This document shows, one piece after another, positions 19,581 through 29,814 of a stretch of DNA of 64,000 nucleotides (its first letter is position 1; the number at the start of each line of letters is the position of its first letter). The DNA comes from an uncultured Flavobacteriales bacterium (GTDB lineage: Bacteria; Bacteroidota; Bacteroidia; Flavobacteriales_D; Parvicellaceae). Where the stretch lies: NCBI GenBank assembly GCA_964387945.1, contig CAYLYX010000003.1, positions 52,344-116,343 of the forward strand, read 5' to 3'. The notes under the pieces were generated by a model. It worked only from the letters and a program-made list of their open reading frames with translations, did not search any database and was not told the origin of the DNA. A program made the translations under genes and the position numbers.

Positions 19581-21590
19581 TTAATAAACATTCTCGTTAA
19601 ACGCTTCCAAATCCCAGTTTTGGTATTCTTGAACGCTACCATTGTCTGCAGAGATTTTTTCTGCTGGTTTAAACTCAACTCGTCTGTTTAATTGACGATT
19701 ATCTGGGTTGTCAGATCCATCAGGGTTCGTATTTGGAACTGCTGGTTCTGATTCACCCTTACTAACTACTGTAATAATTCGGTCTTTATCGATACCGTTC
19801 TTCATGAGGTAGTTGATCGCCCATTTACATCTGTTCTCACTCAATTTAACGTTATACGAGTCACTACCTTTAGAATCCGTATGTCCGATAACTTCAATGA
19901 GTACATCTGGATTTTCCGTCAACACCTGAATGTTGTAATTAAGTGTTTCTTTAGCATCCTTACGGATATCATACTTATCGAAATCAAAGTAGATAGGTTT
20001 TAACACGAAATCTGGAGTTGTATCAATGATTGGCTCTTCGATTACAGTGATGAAATAATTCACTCTGTGATGCGTTTCATAACCCTCTTCATTTCTACTG
20101 ATCATCTCTAGTTCCAGCTCCTCTTTACCCACTTCATTAAAAATCATTTCATACGCAAGTTGCTCATAAATTTCATCCTTATACTTCCAGAAATAATGAG
20201 TTACCGAATCTCCACCAGCCATGCTGTCGATTGCTTCATAGATTTCCATAGTGCTCACGTAGGCAGTATCTAAAATGTCATTTTCTGAATCTTCAAACAA
20301 TGGAATCCCATAAGGTTTGAATTCATAAATATCCATTTTTCCGTAACCACCTTTTCGGTTAGAAGAAAGATAAATTTGCTCTTCACTTTCAATTTTCAGG
20401 TAAATGTCATCTGCCGGTGAGTTGATTGGAGTTCCCATATTTACTGGAGTTGTCCAACTCCCATCAACTAACTGAGTGGAGTACATATCGTAGCCACCCA
20501 TTCCGTCATGTCCAGTACTCGCGAAGTAAAGTGTTTTACCATCTTTAGCCATGTAGGGAGCATCTTCGTTTCCTGTTGTGTTGATGATTTCTCCCATGTT
20601 AGTCGCTTCAGTCCAAACTCCGTTTTCTAACTTAGAAGAATAGATGTCGAGACCACCCTTACCATCTCCATCGTTACTGCTGAAGTACAGCGTCTTTCCG
20701 TCAGGAGTAAAACAAGCATGTCTTTGGTATTTTGCGATGTTAATCTCTTTTCCAAATTTCTCTGGCTCCGACCATTTATCGTTTTCAAAATTTGAATACC
20801 ACAATTTGTTCTTAATAAACAAAATCAATGTATCACCGCTTGGGCTAATATCAACAACAGCTTCATGCTTCTTAGTGTTATTGATTTTGCTCAACGATCC
20901 TTTAATTCCTTTTAGCGATCTAGCTTTAGACAGCTCGCCATTTTTATAGAAGGACACATACATGTCTTCGTAGTGCAGGTTATCCCAGTAATAGTCTCCT
21001 AAGTTTTCCGTACCTCTCCGAGTGAAGAGCAAACTAGAGTCCTTTTCGATGAAAACAGGAACGTACTCAGAGTAACCACTGTTTACACCATCGCCAAGGT
21101 TGACCATCATACCATCTAGGGCATGCTTGTCATAAGTTTTAGCGAATTTTGCTTGCTCAATTTTACGAAGTGAGAAATCCGTCACAATAGCACCGTCACT
21201 ATCATCTTCAATCCCCTTTTTATAGAGATTGTAGTACTTAATTGCTTTGTCGTAGTCTTCAAAGTAGTGATAAGCTCTACCCAGATGATAATAAAGTTCG
21301 TAAACCGTATCTTTCATCACATCTTCTGCCTTTACGAAAGATTCTAGCGCTTTCGAAGGGTCATAAAATGCAGCTTCATAAAGAAGTCCCAATTCAAAGT
21401 GAGCAGCAAAACTTGTAGGATCTGCCTGAACAGCCATTAAGTATTGATTTTCTGACTTCTCAAATTGATTAGTGTTTCTAAACTTCTTTGCCTTTTTTAG
21501 GTGTTTTTTAACATTGTCTCCAGCTTGTACATGTGAAACTGAAGAGAATGCAATCAAAACCAACAGTAATAATTTCAAAGGTGTTTTCAC
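19581..21590 (-). CDS. OmpA-family outer-membrane-associated protein with N-terminal TPR and central TolB-like beta-propeller repeats.
   Basis: Signal peptide. TPR-like region (YHLGRAYHYFEDYDKAIKYY). Repeated ...DG.TLYF.S... motifs suggest a PD40/TolB-like propeller. C-terminal OmpA domain (VIGHTDSKGSDSYNVKLSENRC). Confidence 0.75.
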   Translation of the reverse strand: MKTPLKLLLLVLIAFSSVSHVQAGDNVKKHLKKAKKFRNTNQFEKSENQYLMAVQADPTSFAAHFELGLLYEAAFYDPSKALESFVKAEDVMKDTVYELYYHLGRAYHYFEDYDKAIKYYNLYKKGIEDDSDGAIVTDFSLRKIEQAKFAKTYDKHALDGMMVNLGDGVNSGYSEYVPVFIEKDSSLLFTRRGTENLGDYYWDNLHYEDMYVSFYKNGELSKARSLKGIKGSLSKINNTKKHEAVVDISPSGDTLILFIKNKLWYSNFENDKWSEPEKFGKEINIAKYQRHACFTPDGKTLYFSSNDGDGKGGLDIYSSKLENGVWTEATNMGEIINTTGNEDAPYMAKDGKTLYFASTGHDGMGGYDMYSTQLVDGSWTTPVNMGTPINSPADDIYLKIESEEQIYLSSNRKGGYGKMDIYEFKPYGIPLFEDSENDILDTAYVSTMEIYEAIDSMAGGDSVTHYFWKYKDEIYEQLAYEMIFNEVGKEELELEMISRNEEGYETHHRVNYFITVIEEPIIDTTPDFVLKPIYFDFDKYDIRKDAKETLNYNIQVLTENPDVLIEVIGHTDSKGSDSYNVKLSENRCKWAINYLMKNGIDKDRIITVVSKGESEPAVPNTNPDGSDNPDNRQLNRRVEFKPAEKISADNGSVQEYQNWDLEAFNENVY

Positions 21591-21877
21591 GTTTTGTAAT
21601 TTATTTTTAGGGTCAAACAGTCTACTTAAATGTTTGTTTTGTAAGTAGTTAATAGTTTTTTATGTCAATAATCTTTGTCTTGAAAGTATCCCTTGCAACG
21701 TAAGTTTTCAAGGGAAGTTTCATTTCAAGGGGTAAATATAAACATTTTTCTGTGGGTAATACATTATCTTTTCATCAAAAATGATAGCAAAACCAGTAGT
21801 TTCCGAAACATTATATGGGGGTAGTTTGGAACAAGCGAATTTTGTTATTTTTGTGATAATTACAAAAACGGTTAAAC

Positions 21878-22585
21878 ATGGGAAGAGCATTTGAATTTAG
21901 AAAGGCTAGGAAGTTTAAGAGATGGGGTCAGATGGCCAAAACTTTTACCAAGATCGGGAAGGAAATTTCAATGGCGGTAAAAGAGGGAGGACCCAATCCT
22001 GAAAGTAATGCACGGTTAAGAGCAGCAATTCAGAATGCCAAAGGTGCAAACATGCCGAAATCTAATGTGGAGAACGCCATCAAAAAGGCCTCTTCTAAGG
22101 ATACAGCTCATATGGATGAGGTGACTTACGAGGGGTATGGTCCTTTTGGAATAGCTGTATTTATTGAAACGGTAACGGATAACCCAACTCGAACAGTGGC
22201 AAATGTAAGGATGATCTTCAGAAAGTTCGAAGGAAGTTTGGGGACAAATGGTTCACTGGAGTTCTTATTTGAGCGTAAGGCAAACTTTACCATTAAATCG
22301 GAAGGAATAGACCTAGAGGAGTTAGAACTGAGTTTAATTGATTATGGTTTGGAAGAGATAGAAGCGGATGAGGAGGAAGTATTGATCGTTACTGAGTTTG
22401 CAGATTTTGGATCGATGCAAAAGGGACTGGAAGAGTTAGGACATGAAATTGTTTCTGCGGAAAAGGTGCGCAATCCATTATCAACCGTAGAGTTGGAAGG
22501 AGAACAAAAGGAGACCATCGAGAAGATGATTGAAATGTTTGAAGACGATGACGACATTGTTAACGTTTTCACAAACCTAGGATAA
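21878..22585 (+). CDS. yebC: YebC/PmpR-family DNA-binding regulator.
   Basis: The N-terminus MGRAFEFRKARKFKRWGQMAKTFTKIGKEI is typical of the YebC family. 235 aa. Confidence 0.8.
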   Translation: MGRAFEFRKARKFKRWGQMAKTFTKIGKEISMAVKEGGPNPESNARLRAAIQNAKGANMPKSNVENAIKKASSKDTAHMDEVTYEGYGPFGIAVFIETVTDNPTRTVANVRMIFRKFEGSLGTNGSLEFLFERKANFTIKSEGIDLEELELSLIDYGLEEIEADEEEVLIVTEFADFGSMQKGLEELGHEIVSAEKVRNPLSTVELEGEQKETIEKMIEMFEDDDDIVNVFTNLG

Positions 22586-23094
22586 TGAAAAAGCTGGTTT
22601 GGATGTTTTTAGCAGCAACTCTTTTGTTGAGTTGCACGGAAACAAAAACTGACACTACGTCAACGGAGGCATCTACAGAGGTGGGGCCAACGGTTCAAGA
22701 AGAAACGTATGCTTATGATTCGACCTACGCAGCTAAAGTGGGTGCGGATGATTATGGCATGAGAAGTTACGTGATGGCATTCTTAAAAAGTGGCCCAAAT
22801 CGACCTTCAGACCCTGCAGTTATTGATTCGCTTCAAGCGGCTCACATGGCAAACATTGGTAAGTTGGCAGAGGAGGGTAAGCTCGTGTTGGCTGGGCCGT
22901 TCTTTGGTGGGGATGACCTTAGAGGCATTTACATTTTTGATACCGATTCAATCGAGGAAGCGGCTGCATGGACGGCTACGGACCCTGCGATTATCTACGG
23001 AAGTCTTGAAATGGAGCTTAAAAAGTGGTATGGATCTGCTGCCTTAATGGATGTGGGGAACCTGCACAAAAAAGCGGCTAAAATTAATATCTAG
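22585..23094 (+). CDS. YciI-like (dimeric alpha/beta-barrel) family lipoprotein.
   Basis: Signal peptide with lipobox (LLLSCTE). The C-terminal ~100 aa resembles the YciI family (GKLVLAGPFFGGDDLRGIYIFD...). Its start overlaps the yebC stop by 1 nt. Confidence 0.5.
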   Translation: MKKLVWMFLAATLLLSCTETKTDTTSTEASTEVGPTVQEETYAYDSTYAAKVGADDYGMRSYVMAFLKSGPNRPSDPAVIDSLQAAHMANIGKLAEEGKLVLAGPFFGGDDLRGIYIFDTDSIEEAAAWTATDPAIIYGSLEMELKKWYGSAALMDVGNLHKKAAKINI

Positions 23095-23786
23095 TAGCCT
23101 TTCAACCAGTAGTAGAGTAGTTTGATGTATTCGTTGTTGACCATGATCAAGCCTTGCTCATACTGCCACCACTTTTGTTCATCGTACTGACTGTTTTTTG
23201 CTCCTTGAAGGATGACTTTGATCCCCTCTTCTTCAAATTTATCGATAAAAACATACGAGATTCTTTTGAGATGAAAGAGGTCTGAGACCACGATAATGGT
23301 TTTATAATCATTCTTCTTTGAAAACGCTAGAATGGCGTCACTTTCCTCTTTAGTACTTGTTCCTTCAGGAATTGGAATGATAGCTTCAAACGGAATATTC
23401 AGTTTTTCTTCCAGTACCTCTTGCATGAGTAAAGCATCTGGTTTGCAGGGGTCGCAGTCATCCGATTCACAATCTGGATTACAGCCGATCAGCACCTCTT
23501 GCTCAAAACTAAAGTTGGCGCCTAGTGGAATAATTTTGTCACTCCAGCCATCTTCGTAAAGCTTTGCCGCTAGGATAGGACGATCATTGATATTTCCTCC
23601 TAAAACAAAAATGGCATCTGCTTTTTCGATGGGAGTTTCTGACATTAAGAAGCCACCTAGACCTTTTAAAATGGGCGTTTTGAAGATGATAAAAGTAATG
23701 AGCAAAAAAAACAAGATGGAAAATATCCACCTTGTTTTTCGATAACATCTTTTGATGTAATAGCCTATTTTATCAAGTGTCTCCAA
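23091..23786 (-). CDS. DUF218/YdcF (SanA/ElyC-like) family protein with an N-terminal TM helix.
   Basis: The ADAIFVLGGNINDRPILAAKLYEDGWSDKIIPLG motif is typical of DUF218. It has an unusual Cys/Asp-rich insert, CNPDCESDDCDPCKPD. Confidence 0.6.
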   Translation of the reverse strand: METLDKIGYYIKRCYRKTRWIFSILFFLLITFIIFKTPILKGLGGFLMSETPIEKADAIFVLGGNINDRPILAAKLYEDGWSDKIIPLGANFSFEQEVLIGCNPDCESDDCDPCKPDALLMQEVLEEKLNIPFEAIIPIPEGTSTKEESDAILAFSKKNDYKTIIVVSDLFHLKRISYVFIDKFEEEGIKVILQGAKNSQYDEQKWWQYEQGLIMVNNEYIKLLYYWLKGY

Positions 23787-23790
23787 GGCA

Positions 23791-24672
23791 TTATTTCACG
23801 ACCATTACTAGGTATTTTGAAACACTCCAAAATGCTTTCGGATCGTTGATAATTAGTTTGTTCACGGAGTTTTCATCTGTCATCTGGAATTCATAAGAGC
23901 CAGACGGATGGGTGGTGACCATTTCTACTTTGTCAAATGCCAACGGAATTTCCTGCAAATCCATGATGTTTACTTCAGTAAAGTAGTCCTGATTGAAATC
24001 ATCTGCAAGCTCTTTGTTTTTTCCAATGCCAATAAAACCACCTTCTGTAGTGATTACATTGTTGTTTACCAATTCTTTTTTCGTGCCGTAGGCAAAATAT
24101 GCTGTATTCAACTCGTTGGTTGTGGTTTCTAATGTTTCACTTTTTTCTTTGAACGCTTCAAACAACTCACCAAAAGCTGCGTCCATATTTTCCATTTCCT
24201 GCTGAAGCTGGAAGATTTCCATGTTTTTCATTTCAACCTCTTCAGAAAGCGAAATAATCATTTCTTCAAAAGCATTCATTTGTGTGTTGTTGTTCTTGAT
24301 TTCAGCCTTTAACTTAGCTATTTTAGCTTGGTTGTCGTTCAATAATTTTCCGAGCTCTTGAATGTCTTCAACAATATTCGGATCACTAGCTGAAAGCATT
24401 TCCGGGTTAGCTGTTTTGTCAAACAAATTTTTCTGCTTTCCCTGAATCAAATCCAAATTGGTTCGGATGTCATTCATATAGGCTGCATAATAATTGTACA
24501 TGGAATCTTTTACTGCAATCTGGTGCTTCAGATCCATGTTCTCAGCTTTTAGGTCGTCCAGTTCTTTATTGTTGATGGTATTTCCTTCTCCCGGAGTTTC
24601 CGAGGTGTTGTCAGTTTCCTGCTGGCACGCCATCAAACCAACGCTCAAAAGGATAATAAGATATTTCTTCAT
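23791..24672 (-). CDS. Hypothetical coiled-coil lipoprotein.
   Basis: Lipobox (LMAC) followed by a long heptad-like region rich in E/K/Q/N. No recognisable catalytic motif. Confidence 0.4.
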   Translation of the reverse strand: MKKYLIILLSVGLMACQQETDNTSETPGEGNTINNKELDDLKAENMDLKHQIAVKDSMYNYYAAYMNDIRTNLDLIQGKQKNLFDKTANPEMLSASDPNIVEDIQELGKLLNDNQAKIAKLKAEIKNNNTQMNAFEEMIISLSEEVEMKNMEIFQLQQEMENMDAAFGELFEAFKEKSETLETTTNELNTAYFAYGTKKELVNNNVITTEGGFIGIGKNKELADDFNQDYFTEVNIMDLQEIPLAFDKVEMVTTHPSGSYEFQMTDENSVNKLIINDPKAFWSVSKYLVMVVK

Positions 24673-24718
24673 GTCGTTAAAAAGAGTTTTTACAAAGTTA
24701 AATTATTTCTTGCGTATG

Positions 24719-25456
24719 CTACAGAAGTTCTGTTAAATCTTCCACACCGATAGGTCGTTCTACGTTAAACCCTTCACCATATTTGGTGCCGATTAGTCGA
24801 CCGTATTGCTTGGCTCTTCCTTCTAGGAAAGAGAAAAAGTCTGGAGAAGAGATGGGAGTATTGGGTTCGTTGCTATCTGGGTTGTGGAACTGAGAGGAGA
24901 AAGCTTTGATGCTCTCCATTCTACCTTCCATTTCTTGTGTAATATCCACAACAATGTCTGGTTCTGTCCAGCGATCTTGAATATAGCGGTAAACCGCTTT
25001 TGGGCGATACGCTTGCTGAACTGTCCCTTCATACGAAGATTCAATTTTTCTGAGTCCAGACAAAAAGGCTGCACGTGAAACGAGGTCTCCACCTCTTCCG
25101 TGATCAGGGTGTCGATCTGAAATGGAGTTGCAGAGGATAATGGTAGGTTGATAAAGCCGGATCATCTGAATAACGGCATTCAACGTTTGCTCATTGATCT
25201 CAAAAAAACCGTCTCCTAAATCAAGATTGTGGCGGGCAGATAAACCCATGATTTTTGCGGAGCGTTTGGCTTCCTCATCTCTTAAATCTGCACTTCCTCT
25301 CGTCCCCAACTCGCCTCTTGTAAGGTCAACAATGCCTACTTTTTTACCCTGTTTAATGTGTTTGATCACCGTACCACTTGCGGCTATTTCTACATCATCG
25401 GGGTGGGCGGCAAATGCCAGTATATCCAGTTTCATAAAAATCTTTGCTTTTAGCAA
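24719..25456 (-). CDS. bshB1: Bacillithiol biosynthesis deacetylase BshB1 (LmbE/PIG-L family).
   Basis: N-terminal LDILAFAAHPDDVEIAASGT...VDLTRGELGTRG and the HPDHG motif characteristic of BshB1. Confidence 0.75.
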   Translation of the reverse strand: MLKAKIFMKLDILAFAAHPDDVEIAASGTVIKHIKQGKKVGIVDLTRGELGTRGSADLRDEEAKRSAKIMGLSARHNLDLGDGFFEINEQTLNAVIQMIRLYQPTIILCNSISDRHPDHGRGGDLVSRAAFLSGLRKIESSYEGTVQQAYRPKAVYRYIQDRWTEPDIVVDITQEMEGRMESIKAFSSQFHNPDSNEPNTPISSPDFFSFLEGRAKQYGRLIGTKYGEGFNVERPIGVEDLTELL

Positions 25457-25474
25457 AGTTACAAGATTATACGT

Positions 25475-26521
25475 CTAATGGACATAGCATTCGATTCGGA
25501 TCGACTTTACTTTGCTATCTTCCAAATAGTATAGGATACTGTTGTGACGGTCAATTACCTTTACTTCGAGATGATCTGGGTAAGGCAAATTATTGTAAAC
25601 GTGAAAGGTATTGACGACATCTTCCAATGCGCTTCCAATACGAATACCGTTGGGAAGTATTACATCTTCATTAAGAATCTTCGCTTCAACCATTTTTGCC
25701 GTTGGTTCAGGCCCGTCAAACATGAGGTGAGTTCCATCGTCCATGAGTAGCTCCGCAAACTCATATTTTTCTCCACCCGCACTGTATTCTACATTGATAT
25801 CCTCTACAAAAGTTCCTTTTTGATTCCATTGCATAACCTCTTGATAGGTAGTATTTACTACATCTTGATCTAACTGGGATAGTTCAATTGTAATGGAAGG
25901 TGTGTGCTTTTTTTTGTCAATACGCTGCTCCATCTCCAAGGTTTTCTGCTCTACAAGTTCATCAAACTTTCGGTTTAATTCAATCGTGTTTCGAACCTTT
26001 TCGTAATCTTCTGGATTTTCTGAGACAACAACGCCCTCTTTTTCGATGAAGGTTTGAAGTGTGCCAATTTGGTTCTCGGCTCGCTTCACAGAACCCGTTG
26101 ATTGCGGTTCTATTCTACCTTTCGATTTAGTCCACATACTAATTCCCGTGCACTCAAAGCAAATGGACAAAGAAGCTACGGGTTGATCATTTTCATCAAA
26201 GTAAACCAACCCATGTCTTGGAATAAAGCATTTGCTAAGACCTGTTAACAGTCCATCTGCACCGTATAGGAATAGCTTTTCCATATTTTCCGCAAGTCCA
26301 TGTTCAGAGGTGATGTTGGGGTCTACCATTGAGGCTGCCCAGCCACCTTCGTCTGTGTAAATATCAAAATCTGGCATTGTTCTTATCTCTCCGAGATTAA
26401 AATAATACACCTTGGCATAAGCATAATCTTCATCTGGAAAATGAAAACCACCTGCAATGCCCAATTTGAGACAAACCACCAGCAATAAAGAAAACAGCAA
26501 CTTCATAAAGTCTTTTTTCAA
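25475..26521 (-). CDS. Hypothetical secreted protein.
   Basis: 348-aa ORF with an N-terminal signal-like hydrophobic segment. No motif I can recognise. Confidence 0.35.
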   Translation of the reverse strand: MKKDFMKLLFSLLLVVCLKLGIAGGFHFPDEDYAYAKVYYFNLGEIRTMPDFDIYTDEGGWAASMVDPNITSEHGLAENMEKLFLYGADGLLTGLSKCFIPRHGLVYFDENDQPVASLSICFECTGISMWTKSKGRIEPQSTGSVKRAENQIGTLQTFIEKEGVVVSENPEDYEKVRNTIELNRKFDELVEQKTLEMEQRIDKKKHTPSITIELSQLDQDVVNTTYQEVMQWNQKGTFVEDINVEYSAGGEKYEFAELLMDDGTHLMFDGPEPTAKMVEAKILNEDVILPNGIRIGSALEDVVNTFHVYNNLPYPDHLEVKVIDRHNSILYYLEDSKVKSIRIECYVH

Positions 26522-26650
26522 ATTTAAGTTATTTCTACAAAGTTTAGACCAATGTAACTTTTTGGGGCCAAAAATTGTTTAATTTTAATAGAATAGAGGA
26601 GGTTGTAGCACTGACCTAAACAAAAGGTGCAACTTAATTGTTTAAACATT

Positions 26651-27580
26651 GTGAGGATTTCATTACTTGCCATATTGCTCATGTTTTTCTCGGTTAGTCG
26701 TGCGCAAGACCCTATTTTCTATTCTCCAGGAAATTTGCGGTTGTATAACAATCCGGCAATGAGTGGTCTGAACCATGGATTCTCTGTAGACTTCGGTTAT
26801 CGCCATCAATGGGCAAATCTTCCAGGAGACTACGTTACTTCCGTTACCGCCTTTAATCAATACCTCGGAAAAGGAAACGGAGTTTCATTGCAGTTGTTTA
26901 CCGATAACGCTGCAAATACCACTTTTAAAAGACAAATTACCTTAGGTTATGCCAAGACCATTCGCCTTAGCGGAGATCATTTTTTATCGGTGGGTACTGG
27001 GTTGAGTTATTTTCAGAAGCGATTAGACCCGAGCAAATTAACCTTTGGGGGAATGATAGACCCAAGGCGGGGTTATGTTTATCCAACCTCTGGACTAGGG
27101 CAGTATCGGACCACAGTGGCAAATGTAGACTTGAACGCAGGGGTCATGTATCATAGTTCGTTTTTGTATGCCGGATTTGCGATAAAGCACATTACCGAAC
27201 CAAGTCAGAGTTTCTTTATAAACACAACTACTTCAGATGTTTTGCCTAGAATGTATTTTGGAGAAGTGGGAGGCAAAATTGAGGTAGGAGAAGATTGGGA
27301 GTTCATTCCACATGTTGAGTTCAGAAGCCAAGGTTCTTTTCAAAACTTTATTGGAGGAGTTAAAGTAGGATGGAAAAAGTTCTATTTGGATGGAGGATTA
27401 CAGAATGCTGAAACGTTTTACTCGGCTCTAGGGTTTGATAGCGAGCACTTTCATTGTGCCTATAATTTAGTGACTTATCGCGGATTTAGCACGAATGAAA
27501 CTTTCTTTGCTCATGAGTTGTATTTAGGTGTAGATTTCGTGATATTCCACAAGGAAAATGAGTTTTTCTTCGACTTTTAA
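26651..27580 (+). CDS. PorP/SprF-family T9SS outer-membrane protein.
   Basis: The N-terminus after the signal peptide (AQDPIFYSPGNLRLYNNPAMSG...GYRHQWANLPG) is the hallmark of PorP/SprF. Start placed at the GTG at 26651, which precedes a clean signal peptide. Confidence 0.7.
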   Translation: MRISLLAILLMFFSVSRAQDPIFYSPGNLRLYNNPAMSGLNHGFSVDFGYRHQWANLPGDYVTSVTAFNQYLGKGNGVSLQLFTDNAANTTFKRQITLGYAKTIRLSGDHFLSVGTGLSYFQKRLDPSKLTFGGMIDPRRGYVYPTSGLGQYRTTVANVDLNAGVMYHSSFLYAGFAIKHITEPSQSFFINTTTSDVLPRMYFGEVGGKIEVGEDWEFIPHVEFRSQGSFQNFIGGVKVGWKKFYLDGGLQNAETFYSALGFDSEHFHCAYNLVTYRGFSTNETFFAHELYLGVDFVIFHKENEFFFDF

Positions 27581-27643
27581 ACTCGTTGATATCCTTTTAT
27601 AACTTCTAGTAAGCTGTTTTGGCCTATCCCTTATTTTTGTGCG

Positions 27644-28132
27644 ATGGTAAGAGTAGGATTGATAATCGGGAGTAACCTCAATAGCAAATTAGAGTACATG
27701 ACCAAGGCAACCGCCTCTCTGGAGTTGCATGTGGGTAAGTTGGTTGCAAAGTCTTCGGTATACGTTTCTCCTCCGTGGGGCTATAACAGTAGCAACGAAT
27801 ACTACAATCAGGTTTTGTTGTTTGATACTAAATTAGAGCCTGATCACTTATTGCATTTTTGTTTGCGAATAGAAAAGCTATTAGGAAGGGTACGAAGCGA
27901 TGACGAGGGGTATGCAGATCGTACGATAGACATCGATATCTTGTATTATGGAGAAAGCATCCTTGAAACGGAAGCACTTCATGTTCCTCATCCCAGAATG
28001 CACTTGAGAAAGTTTTGTTTGCTCCCCCTTTTTGAAGTCAATCCAGACTGGGTGCATCCGCTACTCAAAAAAGATTTGATTCACTTAATAGATCACTGCG
28101 AAGATGACTCAGAAATTAGTCGATTGAGTTGA
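27644..28132 (+). CDS. folK: 2-amino-4-hydroxy-6-hydroxymethyldihydropteridine pyrophosphokinase (HPPK).
   Basis: YVSPPWGY and DIDILYYG...HPRMHLRKFCLLPL motifs. Confidence 0.8.
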   Translation: MVRVGLIIGSNLNSKLEYMTKATASLELHVGKLVAKSSVYVSPPWGYNSSNEYYNQVLLFDTKLEPDHLLHFCLRIEKLLGRVRSDDEGYADRTIDIDILYYGESILETEALHVPHPRMHLRKFCLLPLFEVNPDWVHPLLKKDLIHLIDHCEDDSEISRLS

Positions 28133-28779
28133 TAAAGTACAAATACATAGCAATTGAAGGGAATATTGGAGCCGGTAAATCTACTCTAGTTAAGTTTTTG
28201 CACAAATATTTTGGAGGCGGACTTTTACTGGAGGAATTCGAAAACAATGAATCACTTAAGGAGTTCTATGGAAATCCAGGTTTTGCGCTGAATGCAGAAT
28301 TACAGTTCGTGCTGGATCGGAGTCATCAACTGTATAAGTTTCATCAGAAGGATAATTCTTTTGTAATTTCCGATTACATCCCGTTAAAGAGTCTAATTTT
28401 TGCCCGAAACAACCTTCCGAAGTCATCTTTTGAACTCTATGAACCCATTGCTAAGAAAATGCTTCAAGATTATCCACAACCGGATTTGATTGTGTTTCTG
28501 GATAGAAGCCTCACGGAGTTGCAGGAAAATATTAAAAAGAGAGGAAGAACGTATGAGCAGTCTGTCTCAGATGAGTACCTCAAGGGCATTCAGGACGGTT
28601 ACGAGAACTACCTTTTTGAGATGGTCAATGTGCCCATTCTAAAAATTCAAGCAAAAGAAATAGACCTGAGAAGACAGCCACAGCTGGCAAGTGCTTTTCA
28701 GCGAATTTTTCAAACAGAATATGCCACAGCGGTCAGAAATGTTGATCTTGGAATGTTAATGAGAAGTGAGATCGTATAA
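28129..28779 (+). CDS. Deoxynucleoside kinase, copy 1.
   Basis: P-loop IAIEGNIGAGKSTL at the N-terminus plus an LID/ERS region. Overlaps folK by 4 nt (ATGA). Confidence 0.75.
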   Translation: MIKYKYIAIEGNIGAGKSTLVKFLHKYFGGGLLLEEFENNESLKEFYGNPGFALNAELQFVLDRSHQLYKFHQKDNSFVISDYIPLKSLIFARNNLPKSSFELYEPIAKKMLQDYPQPDLIVFLDRSLTELQENIKKRGRTYEQSVSDEYLKGIQDGYENYLFEMVNVPILKIQAKEIDLRRQPQLASAFQRIFQTEYATAVRNVDLGMLMRSEIV

Positions 28780-28828
28780 TTCTACAAAAAAGTTTTCAAC
28801 TTCGTTTTAATAACCAATTTCATCCTGC

Positions 28829-28836
28829 TACTTTTG
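28829..28836 (+). promoter_or_regulatory. Candidate -7 box (TACTTTTG).
   Basis: TAnnTTTG match 23 nt upstream of the in-frame ATG at 28859. Confidence 0.3.
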
Positions 28837-28858
28837 TAATCCTTTGAAAAATGAAATT

Positions 28859-29752
28859 ATGTTGACAATTGACACTTCGGTAACGAAAAATCCAAAACTA
28901 CACCACTATTTATTAGGGGCGGTGGGTCCTAGACCCATTTGTTTTGCGAGTACAATTGACAAAGAAGGAAATAGAAATTTAGCACCTTTTAGTTTTTTCA
29001 ATGTCTTTAGTTCGAATCCTCCGGTTGCTGTGTTTTCGCCAGCTAATAGTGGTAGAACGGGTTTGCCAAAGGATACGCTTCTCAACGTACAAGAAGTTCC
29101 TGAGGTGGTCATCAACATTGTGAATTATGAAGTGGTGCATCAAATGTCATTGTCCAGTTCACCGTATGAGAAAGGAGTGGATGAGTTCATAAAAAGTGGT
29201 CTTACACCCATTGCCTCAGATACCGTGAAGCCGTTTCGAGTGAAAGAATGTCCTGTGCAGATGGAGTGTAAGGTGACAGAAGTAAAAGCGCTGGGAGAAG
29301 GTGGTGGTGCAGGTAACTTGGTGATCTGTGAAGTGTTGAAAATCCATATTTCAGAAGAAGTGCTTAACGAAGATCAAATGATTGACCAGCAGAAAATTGA
29401 TTTGGTAGCAAGAATGGGAGGTAATTGGTACTGCCGAGCAGATGAGAACTCCATATTTGAGATCAAAAAGCCCATTACTACTTGTGGAATTGGAGTAGAT
29501 GCCATTCCAGAAGAGGTGAAAAAGAGTGGAGCGTTTAGTCCGAATGAGTTGGGTCAGTTGGGAGGAATAGAAGAGTTGCCCGATGAGACTGAAGTGAATG
29601 ATTTCAGGTTGATTGAACTCAGCGAACTGTTTTTGGAGTATGAGGAAGATGCAGTAACGCTTGAAAAAGAATTGTACAAAATAGCAAAACAGTATTTGCT
29701 AGAAGAAAATATTGAGGATGCTTGGAAGGCAATCCTTTCATTTAATAATTAA
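28859..29752 (+). CDS. Flavin-reductase-like (FMN-binding split-barrel) domain protein with a C-terminal extension.
   Basis: HYLLGAVGPRPICFASTIDKEGNRNLAPFSFFNVFSSNPPVAVFS matches the flavin reductase-like domain. The extra ~120 C-terminal aa are acidic and helical. Confidence 0.65.
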   Translation: MLTIDTSVTKNPKLHHYLLGAVGPRPICFASTIDKEGNRNLAPFSFFNVFSSNPPVAVFSPANSGRTGLPKDTLLNVQEVPEVVINIVNYEVVHQMSLSSSPYEKGVDEFIKSGLTPIASDTVKPFRVKECPVQMECKVTEVKALGEGGGAGNLVICEVLKIHISEEVLNEDQMIDQQKIDLVARMGGNWYCRADENSIFEIKKPITTCGIGVDAIPEEVKKSGAFSPNELGQLGGIEELPDETEVNDFRLIELSELFLEYEEDAVTLEKELYKIAKQYLLEENIEDAWKAILSFNN

Positions 29753-29814
29753 TTAAAAACGAGTGACTGAGTTGGTTACGATCAACGAGCACTAACAACA
29801 AATATCAAATAAAC

